The position numbers and the translations under genes were made by a program. A DNA stretch of 63,828 nucleotides, counting the filler, from Stramenopiles sp. TOSAG23-2 (taxonomy: Eukaryota): NCBI GenBank assembly GCA_900128395.1. It is 13 parts of 13 records of this genome, joined end to end, with 100 filler letters (N's around TTAATTAATTAA, not from the genome) between each part and the next. Parts side by side here need not be neighbours in the genome. Positions count along the whole stretch, not along the records: positions 1 to 5,128 come from LT650726.1; positions 5,229 to 10,354 come from LT650727.1; 11 more parts are not named here. The stretch is one strand, 5' to 3'. The first letter of the stretch is position 1. The number at the start of each line of letters is the position of its first letter. The notes under the pieces were generated by a model. That model was not told where the DNA came from. It did not search any database and saw nothing but the letters and a program-made list of their open reading frames with translations. Below are positions 1-10,454 of the stretch, piece after piece.

Positions 1-128
1 TGCGATTGAGTATTGAGCATATTACTTAACACGGGAAGTGTAAAATTATTATTAAACTTTAGATTTTAACCAAATATAATAATATTATCTATATCTCTCT
101 CCAGTGTGTATCATATATGATACCTCAT

Positions 129-1835
129 TTAATTTAAAGTCCCAGACACATCGTTCGAAGCTAATAATGGTGAATTAATATCTTCCTCTATTTCGTTGCT
201 ATCCCTATTACCAAAGTCGTTTCTATTGTTGTTGCTCGTCTCATTTTTATATAACTTACACGTATAACCAATAAAAGCTAAAACTGTTACAATAAATAAT
301 CTAATCCAAGCAAGAAAAGAAAGTTTCTATTGTTGTTGCTCGTCTCATTTTTATATAACTTACACGTATAACCAATAAAAGCTAAAACTGTTACAATAAA
401 TAATCTAATCCAAGCAAGAAAAGAAAGTTGGGTCATTTCAAACACATTGAATATCATACCTAATGTTGGTACTAATGGTACCAACGGACATGCAAAAGCC
501 TTATCATTCACAGGCATGTGAAACGTTAAACGAATGCATAATAAAAACAAAGTTGCTAAAACTAATAGACTGAATAATATTACAATAAATGGATGTGCCG
601 CTCTATTATATTTAAATGAAAATCCTGCACCTGCACTAAATACGACTAAAAGAAACAAATAAATTGATAAAGTATTTGTTTCTTTTTTATCTACGCGTAA
701 TTTCAACACAGCGGCACAAACGATAGTATATGCAAACATTATCCCAATACTTAGTACACTTGATAAACGTTTTACGTCAAAAAAAGCACTAAGTGCACCT
801 GCAATAGCAAAGCATAACATTTGTGCCATATATGGCGTGCCAGATTTTGAATCGACTAATGCCAATTGCTTTGGTAACAATCCATCTCTTGCAATGCCTA
901 AATATATACGTGCTTGGCTATACAAACCAACCAGTAAAGTTGTAGACAATCCAATCACGGCACCTAGATCAATAACTAATTCAATCCAATGCATGTCGTG
1001 TCCTTTAAATGCTGTTGTTAATGGTGCATTCTCGTCAATTGCTGTATATGAAACGACGCTACACAATGTTAAAGTGACACCCATATATAATAATGAACAT
1101 AGTAGCAAAGATAAAATAATCCCAAATGGTAAATCTTTTTGTGGTTCAATACATTCCTCTGCAGTATTACTAACTGCATCAAAACCAATGTAAGCGAAAA
1201 AAACATATGCGGATGCTCCAATTATACCATCGCTACCTTTCGGTGCAAATGGTTTTAAATTCTTAGAATCTGCTAATGCCATTCCAGCAATTATTACAAG
1301 CAATACAATAAATATTTTCAATATAGTCAATGCATTGGAAACTTTTGTGCTTTCCGATACACCTCGAACTAAAATACACGTTATTAAAAGCAATATAACA
1401 GGTGCTAATATAGATATGGATATAAATGGCATAGACAATATTGGTGAAGTAATTAAATACTGCGGTAGATGTATTCCAATATCTTTGCATAATTGTGCAA
1501 AATAACTGATTAATGATCGTGCAATTGAAGCAGCACCAACATGATAATCAATTAATAAATTAACACCAGCAATAATAGCAACAACTTCACCAAATACTAA
1601 ATATGCATATAAATATGCAGAGCCACTTTCTGGAAAACGGGACGAAAGCTCCGCATATGCAAATGCATTTAATATGCACATGGCAGCAGCTATTAAAAAG
1701 GAAAAGCATACTGCTGGACCTGCCATTTTTGCTGCAATACCAGTCAATACAAATATACCAGCACCAATAGATGCACCAACACCAAGCAATGTCAAATCAA
1801 ATTTATTTAACTTGCGTATTAAATTTTCAACAAAA
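129..1835 (-). CDS. Cationic amino acid transporter (APC superfamily, CAT-like), 5'-truncated
   Basis: Motifs LIRKLNKFDLTLLGVGASIGAGIFVLTG, YAELSSRFPESGSAY, FFAYIGFDAV and FACPLVPLVP, with many TM helices. No ATG lies between the upstream in-frame stop and the conserved start. The true C-terminus (...NRNDFGNRDSNEIEEDINSPLLASNDVSGTLN*, TAA at 129-131) is recovered after removing a 104-bp duplication. Confidence 0.92.
219..428. repeat. 104-bp tandem duplication in the CAT 3' end (probable assembly artefact)
   Basis: ttctattgttgttgctcgtc... begins at 221 and again at 325; the second copy shifts the frame. Confidence 0.9.
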
Positions 1836-1837
1836 AT

Positions 1838-4800
1838 ATGTATGGTGGTAGTGTAAATGCTACGACTGGAATCTTTGGCAACTTACGTGATCAAATTTTT
1901 ACTTTACAAAATGATTTACATTTAGAACGACATTCATCGAATGTAAGAGAAATGGTATTATCATCAATGGCAGCGAAAATTGGTATGTTGGAACAGGAGC
2001 TTAAAAAATCTGAGAGTCAACGTCAATTACTAGAAAATGAATTAGAAAAATCATCCTCGAAGAAATCAAAAAAGAAAAGTAAAAAAAAGGAAAAGAAAAA
2101 AACTATGGAAACAAAGCAAAAGGAGGAAAATAAATCGGAGCTATCAAAATTTAATGAAAAATTAAATAAAGACATGTCAATATCAATGCCAACTTTGCCA
2201 ACAACAAATGTAGTCGCAAATATTGGAACTCGTCAACCTTGGACAAAAGTTATGGCGGATACTACCACCCCAGTTGAAGAAAAAGCAGAAGTTTGGAACT
2301 GGTTGGGAAAAACGATTGTTATTGATCGAACTGGTGGTGTTAATGGACCACCAGCCAGTCATGCTCAAAGAGTCAGACAATTGCGTGCAAAGAAAAATGA
2401 AAAACAGCAACAAAATTTGGATAAAAAAAATATGAATAATACCGTCAGTGCAAAGGAAGAAGAAAAAGAAGATAACAATATTGACGATAGTTCATGGCAG
2501 CATGAATTGCTATTCAAACATCATAATGATTTGTTTAAACAACCAAAACGACAAATAAAAAAACAAACTGTTGATCATTTTGCTGGATATGGTACAAGTA
2601 GTGATGGCGAAGGAGAGGAAGAGAAAGTTACTGATCCTATTATGGATGCAATGAACAATATACCAGGATATCAAACGGAGGGAGATCAGGGCGCTGAAGA
2701 TGTAGCTGCAGAAGTGTCTGGAAAATGGACGAAACATCAAAGTGGTGGAATCAATTCCATGGTGAATCCACAAGCGGTACTATATTTTGAAGAAAGTGGT
2801 ATCCACCGTGTTGAAATCACTTTAACGCGTCCGAAAAAAATAAAAAAATGTGGTTTAATTTTCTTCATATATAAACATAAAGAAGGATTGAAACGTATAT
2901 TTTTAGGAGATCCAAGTGATGAGTTAGAGGAACGTGAAGCTGGTAAAAAATTTAAAAGTAAAGCGTCGAGAAGAAAAAAGAGTACGCTTGTTACGTCTTT
3001 AAAAGGTGGGAAAAAACACAGATATTGTATTTTATGTTGTCTTGAGAAACCTGGTGTAGAATCTGATTTCACATTAAATGTGACAAATACAAATGGTGAT
3101 GCCATGCCAATTTTAAAAATGTTACCTGATTTAAAGAATTCGAAAAATGTTGATGGGGAATGGCGTGGTGCTACTGCAGCCCCAATGAAATTATTTGCTG
3201 ATAAATCAGATCCTAGTCTATGTGCGCCGAACATACAGTCGCCTCAATATTTGTTAAAAGTTAAGAAAACTTCTAGTGCTATGATTACAGTCTCCTGTGA
3301 AGATTCCGATGTCGTAGAAAAGGCATGCTTGAATGCATTTGTCTACTTGCACAATGGAGATGACAGAAAAATGCGATTTCCAAGAAAAGATCTAATTGTG
3401 CATCAAGAGGGTTACCTAGATGGCGATACTGTCACCGCGGCTGCTACATTACATGGTGGTAAAACGTATGTAGTAGTCCCATGTATCATGTTAGAAGAAC
3501 AGGGGGAAGGATCTAATAATATCGAACCACGTGAAGGATCGTATAGTATAAAAGTGCAGGGCACAGAGGCTATAACATTGGAAGAATTACCAGAATTTGT
3601 GGAACATGATTCAAACAATAAAAAGGAAATATCATGCAAAGATATCATCCATCCATTGCGCAGGGCAGATCATGATGATAGAAAGAAACATGGGGCTGGT
3701 AAATATATTCTATGGAATTCGGGGACATTATCAGAAGATCCATCCGATGCAATTGCCAAAGCATGTAAAAAAAGTGGCAGTAAATTTATAGATGATTTGT
3801 TTCCCCCAGATGATGCATCTGTAAATAAAGATCCAAAAGATCATCAATTACCAACATGTAAATGGGCAAGACTTTCTGACATATGCGATGATCCAAAATT
3901 GTTTACTGATGGGATAGATCCAGACGATGTATTGCAAGGGGAATTAGGAAATTGTTGGTTTTGTGCTGCCATGGCTGCTATAGCTTGGAAAAGACCTGCG
4001 TTACTGAAGAGCTGTTTTGTGGATCCAAAAATGAAATTTGATAATGGTTTCATTGTCGTAAAAATTTACGATATACAAAATGAGGAAGATCGATATGTAG
4101 TAGTTGACGATTATATACCAGTTGATGCAGATTATAATCCATATTTTGCCCGTACTCGTGATCCAAATGAATGCTGGCCAATAATCTTGGAAAAAGTATT
4201 TGCTAAGTTACATGGTTGTTATCAGTGGATGGCTGGGCATTGTAAACAATGTTTAAAGATTGGGCCTGTGCTACAATGCTTAACAAAAGCAGATGTGAAA
4301 AAGATTTTAACACATGAGACAGAGACAAATTCAAAGGAAGAAATTTGGACGGATATCATGGAGACATTAGCTTGCAAAGGCATAATGGAAACTTCGACTC
4401 GTAAACACAAAGCGACGTTTAAATTAGGACTAGTTTGTTTCCACGCATATACTATTATTGGTGTAGAAGAAGTATTAGGACAACGCTTGATGCGAATACG
4501 AAATACATGGGGGCATTCAGAGTGGCGTGGCGATTGGTCGGATGGTGATGATAAAAATTGGACGGAGGAGATGAAAAGTGCTGTTTCATCCTACGTCGAT
4601 GCTGATGATGGTGCATTTTATATTTCCTACGATGATTATTTAACACATTACGATAAATTATATCTAGGTAAATTGCCAGATTCTGCTCCAGACAAAGACG
4701 ATGATGGTAATGATAATGACACCAGTAGCAATAGCAATGATGCTTTGTCATATAGCGATAGAGTGAAAGGATTTTGGACTGCGCCTTATGCAGATGGGTT

Positions 4801-5128
4801 TTCTGCTAAAAATCCTCAATATTTAGTTGAATTTCTTTGTCATATAGCGATAGAGTGAAAGGATTTTGGACTGCGCCTTATGCAGATGGGTTTTCTGCTA
4901 AAAATCCTCAATATTTAGTTGAATTTAAAGGTAGACGAAAAGGTGTTACTAAATGCAGTATTGAATTACGAATACCAAGCTCGCAATATAATAACGATCA
5001 CAAAAAATCCAGGGGTGCGCAGCATGAATTATCATTTGTTGTATGCATGACAAATTGTAATGAGCGCATTGATGACTTAGACGATAAAGTAATTTTTCAA
5101 TCATCTTCTATGGCAAAAAAATCGGTTA
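1838..5128 (+). CDS. Calpain-family cysteine protease (CysPc plus domain III-like modules), 3'-truncated at contig end
   Basis: Catalytic triad motifs QGELGNCWF, HAYTI and RNTWGHSEWRGDWSD. Also FIDDLFPP, ILEKVFAKLHGCY and domain III-like segments (VDGEWRGATA..SPQY; VKGFWTAP..KNPQY). The gene continues in ORF 4837-5128 after a 92-bp duplication. Confidence 0.93.
4743..4926. repeat. 92-bp tandem duplication that frameshifts the calpain gene
   Basis: ctttgtcatatagcgatagagtg...gttgaattt at 4743 and 4835. Confidence 0.9.
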
Positions 5129-5228
5129 NNNNNNNNNNNNNNNNNNNNNNNNNNNNNNNNNNNNNNNNNNNNTTAATTAATTAANNNNNNNNNNNNNNNN
5201 NNNNNNNNNNNNNNNNNNNNNNNNNNNN
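5129..5228. other. Artificial contig linker
   Basis: 44 N + TTAATTAATTAA (stops in all six frames) + 44 N. Confidence 0.99.
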
Positions 5229-5477
5229 TTTTAATTTACTCATGATAATTCTTACTCTTCAAAAGAATACAATAACTGAGGCAATAATATCTATCTCGCT
5301 AAACTGAAAGATGGACAATGGACAATGAATCGTAACATTGCGATAGAGTTCATCGTAATCCACAGACTGTGCCATTATTTTTAAAAGAAGTTCGTACGCT
5401 TGAATGAAACTCGCCATATCAATACAATGAGATATATTAGCCTTTTTCTTTCAGACGCTCAAATTCTATCTGTCTTC

Positions 5478-5845
5478 TTACTTCATCTTCTTCTTATTCC
5501 TACGTCTTTCAATAAGACTTTTAACATCACATTTTGTGTCTTGAGAGCAACCTGTTTCTCCAAGAATTTCTTCTATCGTGTTGCTACCGTGATTTGATTT
5601 TTTAGTCAATGCTTTCAATGTACACTTTTTGTGATTCAAAAGCTTCTTAAATATTTTGTAAGCAGGGCCCTTCTTATCATCAATTAGATTTTTGCATGCA
5701 AAAAACAATACATTCCAACCAGACTTCTTATTGTTTTTCCTTTTTGAAGTTTCAATTTCAATTTCCATATCAATTTCCTCCTGTTCTAACAGAAATTTTA
5801 CAATCTCCACTTGCTGATTCACAGTTGCTGCCATTAGAGCACAGA
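5478..5845 (-). CDS. Ankyrin-repeat protein, C-terminal part only
   Basis: ALMAATVNQQVEIVKFLLEQ and SGWNVLFFAC..IFKKLLNH resemble ankyrin repeats; the 5' part runs head-to-head into an opposite-strand ORF. Confidence 0.65.
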
Positions 5846-5853
5846 TCGCAAAT

Positions 5854-6579
5854 ATGAAGCATTTATATAAAAAGTGGAAAGCAACGCAAACATTGGTGCA
5901 AAATAAACTGAATGGGAGAAAGGCTTTGATGGAATCCAATTTAAAAAAAGAAAAAGCACTCGTTGAGAAAGACGAAGTAATTGCAGACGTAGAAAATAGA
6001 TTGCAAATAATGCAAGAAAAACTGAATCGTGCTTTATTGACTGTAGATGAAGCGAGTCAACGAGATGAACTACAAAAGAAACTACTTGGCAATTTAAAGG
6101 AACAACTGCAAGATGTAGGGATAGTGCGACAAGTATTGAATCGCGGGAGCAACATGCCAGTTTGGGACAGTACGTACAACGCGAAAGTTGCTGAATTGCA
6201 AGCAGCCTTGGGGGAAATTAGTAAGAAAAATGAAGTCATTTCCACATTAAACGCGCAACACAAGGCAGACATGAAAGCGCTTAAATCAAAGCATAAGAAA
6301 ATGGAACGTTGGAAAGGTACAACAATGGATCTTGAAAAGCGTTTACATGGTTTGCAAGAGTCGGCTGACCGCAAGATGGAAGCTTTGAAAGAGACCCACA
6401 AGGAGAAAATTGAAGCCCTTGCAGAAAGAGACAAAGTAATCGTAGAAAAAGTCGAACTACGAAAGAAAGAAAGTGCCAATTCTGAGGAACAACTGCAACA
6501 ACAAGAGAAGCAAGATTTAACAATTGAATTGAAGCAGGTAACAAAGAAATCGCAAATTAACTTAATATTAACTTTATAA
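5854..6579 (+). CDS. Coiled-coil protein, probably partial
   Basis: 241-aa E/K/Q/L-rich heptad ORF with no recognised domain. Confidence 0.6.
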   Translation: MKHLYKKWKATQTLVQNKLNGRKALMESNLKKEKALVEKDEVIADVENRLQIMQEKLNRALLTVDEASQRDELQKKLLGNLKEQLQDVGIVRQVLNRGSNMPVWDSTYNAKVAELQAALGEISKKNEVISTLNAQHKADMKALKSKHKKMERWKGTTMDLEKRLHGLQESADRKMEALKETHKEKIEALAERDKVIVEKVELRKKESANSEEQLQQQEKQDLTIELKQVTKKSQINLILTL

Positions 6580-6932
6580 AAATATAAAATGATGGTTAAA
6601 AGTATATATATGACCCACGTGAGATAAGATCAGGAGGATCAGTAAAAAAAGTAGTAGATAATAGGGTATATTTTAGTACAATATTTATTATTCTAATCTA
6701 TACATTTATACCACTTAAACATATATATTTCTACTTTTTATTTGAAAAACATGTGTTTTGTTGTTGAAAATGGTAGGTAGAAATACATTAATATAAGATA
6801 AAATATATACATATCGTTATATATTTTAATGTTTATTAATTAATTAATATTATATAATAATGTTTTAGATTCTCCACCTGGTTAGTTTTAATATCTATGA
6901 TAATATTAAAGTATAACAACTTTATATTTTCT

Positions 6933-7150
6933 TCAATTTGTATAATTTTTCACCAAAAATAGCTTCCATTTTCTAAGGTGAACTTTCAAAATATCGATTT
7001 TCTTATTCTCCTTTCTCTTTTTTTTTCTGTTGTGTTTAATCTTGTTTTGAACATAATTTTTTGTTCTTACAGAGCAACCTGTTGCTCCAAGACAATCTTC
7101 TATTTTTTCGCTACCTTTATTTGATTTTTGATTCAATGCCGTACATATTG
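6933..7150 (-). pseudogene. C-terminal fragment paralogous to the 5478-5845 ankyrin protein
   Basis: ALNQKSNKGSEKIEDCLGATGCSVRTKNYVQNKI aligns by eye with ALTKKSNHGSNTIEEILGETGCSQDTKCDVKSLI. Confidence 0.65.
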
Positions 7151-7157
7151 TACCGAA

Positions 7158-9611
7158 TCATACATGCTTTATTTCTGACATAGCTCCTCCCTTTATACAT
7201 CCTCCCTTAATATTGATTATTACCATAATTATCAAGGATCCACACAAAGTGTAAACAGAAACAAATATCTCTGGGATCTCCATCAGTAAACCAATTTGTC
7301 TCAAAATCCAAAAAAGAATAGGCACAGAAAGTATTGCGTTAATAGCTGCACAAAACTTATTACACTTTGATTTGAAATGCGTTGAACGAGGATCATTGTA
7401 TCTATATATGCAACAGTTACAGAAAAGATTTTCGAATAAGCGTATAAGAGCAGAAACAGCTACTGATAAGATATATATTATCGATACAAAGACCCATATC
7501 AGAGTGCCAAAAGTGTAGAGACAACCGATTCCACAGCAAGCATCGCGAGTTAATCTGTCATGAAGCCAATCAGAATCTGAACTATCGCCTTGGGATTCTG
7601 AACTATCGCCTTGAGGCTGAGATTCTTTTTTTTTTTTTTCTTGATGATACACTTTATTAAGTACCTCGACTTTATTCCCATTAAGTAACTCTTCTGGTGG
7701 CCATAGCCACCACAAAGTTCGATCTGGTTTTCTGGGCATATAACCAAGAACATCAAAGCGAATATCCCAAGCACACAAACTTCCTTCGTAATTCACGTCA
7801 TGTAACTCAATAGTGTATTTTTGTTCTTGCCCCGCTTGGCTATCGTCATCTTGGATATTGTTATTGGGAGGTGGAACAGGAGGAGGTATAAGACGCTGTT
7901 GTAAATTCGCATTAACACTACCAACAGGTTGTAAATTCGCATCAACAGCTACTGTGACAGTACTTTCTTTAATGATATCTTTTACATGCTTTACAAATTC
8001 ATCACAGTTGATTTTTGTATTTTGTTTATCATCCCCGAATGCTATACATACATAGTTGATTAAATCTACCCCTATATTTACGCCACATGTTTTCAAATAT
8101 TCAAAGAAGTCTTGCCCTTCCATAAGCGGATCAACATCATCATCATCATCATCATCATCATCACTATGATCTTTTGGTCGCGATTTAAACGTTTCTACAA
8201 TCCGTTCAAAATCCTCCCTCTGAAATACGCGTAGTGAGTCCTTGGTCTTGATCTTTAATACTACTCTCATTTTCTCCATTATATTGTTTTTGTTTTTCAT
8301 CTTTCGTCTTTTTGGTATATGATATTTTGTAACGTAACGACAACAAGGACACGGAAGGGGTTCGACTTTTTTTATTGCTAAATCAGTATGCAGAACCAAA
8401 TCGATGCAATAATCGCATAATAGTTCAATAATGAAAAAACAAAAGCGAACGAGCAATAAATCCCATATGATATCTGGTTTTTGTAAGTTTACAACAAATT
8501 CTAACACAAGAAAATAATTCAAATACAAAAGAAATCCTACGAAAGGGAGGACACGGTTCATAAACCAGAAGTTTGCTCCATGATCAATAACGTTGTATAC
8601 AGCTTCTGCGCCAAAAGCAATTGTCAGCGCGGTTGCGTGAAAAAAGGAATCGCCTTTATGATGTACGAATATATAATATTTTAGCACGCCAAATATCATG
8701 ACTAACCAAATCGTGTTATCTCCCAACCTAAATGTTAAGAACACTGCATCTAAAATACGGTATTTGGGTGATGTCAATATTTCCAGAAGCGTCTTTTTTA
8801 CATTTTCTTCTGCTACTTTCACGTTGTTCCTCAGTTCTAATTCTGACGGTGGCATAACAAATGATGTGCCTCCTACCACTATCTTTCGTCTTTCTGTATC
8901 CGGGGGCATAGAACTTTTGAAGAAAAAAATTCTTGATTTATGCATTATTACAAATTTTTGAGAATCTTCCCTCAGGTTATCAGTGGTAAAGGCAGTTGCA
9001 ATGGCATCATTATCTGATAAATTATCGTCACCGAGAAACATCGTTAGCAATATCGTGCTTTGATTATTGAATAGAGCAGCATATTTGGTGAAAGAAAAAT
9101 TTTTGGCGTTTGAGTCTTGACAAAACGCTTTGTTGACCTCTTGTCTTTCGTAATATAATTTGTATTCCTTTTCTATTTCTTTTTTTATTTTTTCCACTTG
9201 ACTATCCAGGTACTTTTTTGCTCCTTGTTCTGTAGTGATATCATCGTCTTTATCATCGTCTTTACCACCTTCTGTTTTTTGACTTGTGTCTTTATCATCG
9301 TCTTTACCACCTTCTGTTTTTTGACTTGTGTCTGTTGATGTATCACTATCATCTTTTTCTTCCGTTTTGTCTGATGATGTATCACTATCATCTTTTTCTT
9401 CCGTTTTGTCTGATGATGTATCACTATCATCTTTTTCTTCCGGTTTGCCTACAGTTTCACTTGATTTTAACATTCCTAAAAGTAAAATTCGCGAATACAA
9501 TATGAAACGGAACATGAAAAAATGTTTTGCTATTAAACATACTAAAAGTTCAGGGATCATTCGTATCGCGTCTCGGAGGAGATAGACCGCCCGTTTTTGA
9601 TGTACAATCAT
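7158..9611 (-). CDS. Multi-pass membrane protein of unknown function with acidic repeats and an EF-hand-like segment; start uncertain
   Basis: 817-aa ORF with two clusters of hydrophobic helices; FFEYLKTCG...AFGDDKQNTKINCDEFVKHV resembles a degenerate EF-hand pair. Confidence 0.75.
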   Translation of the reverse strand: MIVHQKRAVYLLRDAIRMIPELLVCLIAKHFFMFRFILYSRILLLGMLKSSETVGKPEEKDDSDTSSDKTEEKDDSDTSSDKTEEKDDSDTSTDTSQKTEGGKDDDKDTSQKTEGGKDDDKDDDITTEQGAKKYLDSQVEKIKKEIEKEYKLYYERQEVNKAFCQDSNAKNFSFTKYAALFNNQSTILLTMFLGDDNLSDNDAIATAFTTDNLREDSQKFVIMHKSRIFFFKSSMPPDTERRKIVVGGTSFVMPPSELELRNNVKVAEENVKKTLLEILTSPKYRILDAVFLTFRLGDNTIWLVMIFGVLKYYIFVHHKGDSFFHATALTIAFGAEAVYNVIDHGANFWFMNRVLPFVGFLLYLNYFLVLEFVVNLQKPDIIWDLLLVRFCFFIIELLCDYCIDLVLHTDLAIKKVEPLPCPCCRYVTKYHIPKRRKMKNKNNIMEKMRVVLKIKTKDSLRVFQREDFERIVETFKSRPKDHSDDDDDDDDDVDPLMEGQDFFEYLKTCGVNIGVDLINYVCIAFGDDKQNTKINCDEFVKHVKDIIKESTVTVAVDANLQPVGSVNANLQQRLIPPPVPPPNNNIQDDDSQAGQEQKYTIELHDVNYEGSLCAWDIRFDVLGYMPRKPDRTLWWLWPPEELLNGNKVEVLNKVYHQEKKKKESQPQGDSSESQGDSSDSDWLHDRLTRDACCGIGCLYTFGTLIWVFVSIIYILSVAVSALIRLFENLFCNCCIYRYNDPRSTHFKSKCNKFCAAINAILSVPILFWILRQIGLLMEIPEIFVSVYTLCGSLIIMVIINIKGGCIKGGAMSEIKHV
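9243..9445 (-). repeat. In-frame coding tandem repeats (39 bp x3 and 45 bp x2)
   Basis: Encode EEKDDSDTSSDKT x3 (last copy diverged) and DTSQKTEGGKDDDK(D) x2. Confidence 0.9.
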
Positions 9612-9986
9612 CCATTACAAATATTTCTTTGTGTATTGTGCTATTGTTATACGGAATGGGTCCGCGCCCTAATGTGTAATGCTGTCACCATGCTAAAAAA
9701 TAACGGCGGAAATATTGATACCCTATCATACAACCCAATAACATTGCCCCTTCACGGCGTGGCCAAAACATTCAAATTTAGACATAGGAGTTTTGGTGTA
9801 CTTCCACTGAAAAAAATAACTAATTTACGTGATAAAAAACAAGTAACAGTAAAATTATTACAAGAAATATTGCATAAAGCAGGATTAAATTATGGAAAGC
9901 GCAAACGTAATGATTTAATTAAATTAGTTGCACCATTGTGGCAAGGTGTCCATAAAATTACAAATGATAAACGATATAAACTTTAA
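9597..9986 (+). CDS. Small basic protein or gene 3' end with SAP/HeH-like motif
   Basis: TVKLLQEILHKAGLNYGKRKRNDLIKLV resembles a helix-extension-helix nucleic-acid-binding motif; start is unclear. Confidence 0.35.
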   Translation: MMYNHPLQIFLCVLCYCYTEWVRALMCNAVTMLKNNGGNIDTLSYNPITLPLHGVAKTFKFRHRSFGVLPLKKITNLRDKKQVTVKLLQEILHKAGLNYGKRKRNDLIKLVAPLWQGVHKITNDKRYKL

Positions 9987-10354
9987 CATTTTCATTTTAT
10001 ATATTTTTTATTCTACAATACTATTTCAACTATATATTTACAATCTACCTCTCATTTTACATAATTTCAATCGTTTTCAATGCTATCCCATGCTAATTCA
10101 TATAAAGTATGCCATTATATTTTCACGGTCCCTTGAATTTTGCTCTTGTAAAATGTAACGCTAACCTGATATTGCAGGTATTTAAAAAGGACACCCTTTA
10201 TAAGTACCAAGTTGGGGCAGTTTTACGGCCTATCTCCATGCTAATTTTTAAAAAAAAAGTCAAAATGGAAGGTCCTATGGTGTATACCTGCTATTTTGCT
10301 AGGTCTCCGTTTATAAACTAACAGCCTACTTGAGTGTAAGACATGAGCTGGCTT

Positions 10355-10454
10355 NNNNNNNNNNNNNNNNNNNNNNNNNNNNNNNNNNNNNNNNNNNNTT
10401 AATTAATTAANNNNNNNNNNNNNNNNNNNNNNNNNNNNNNNNNNNNNNNNNNNN
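10355..10454. other. Artificial contig linker
   Basis: 44 N + TTAATTAATTAA + 44 N. Confidence 0.99.
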
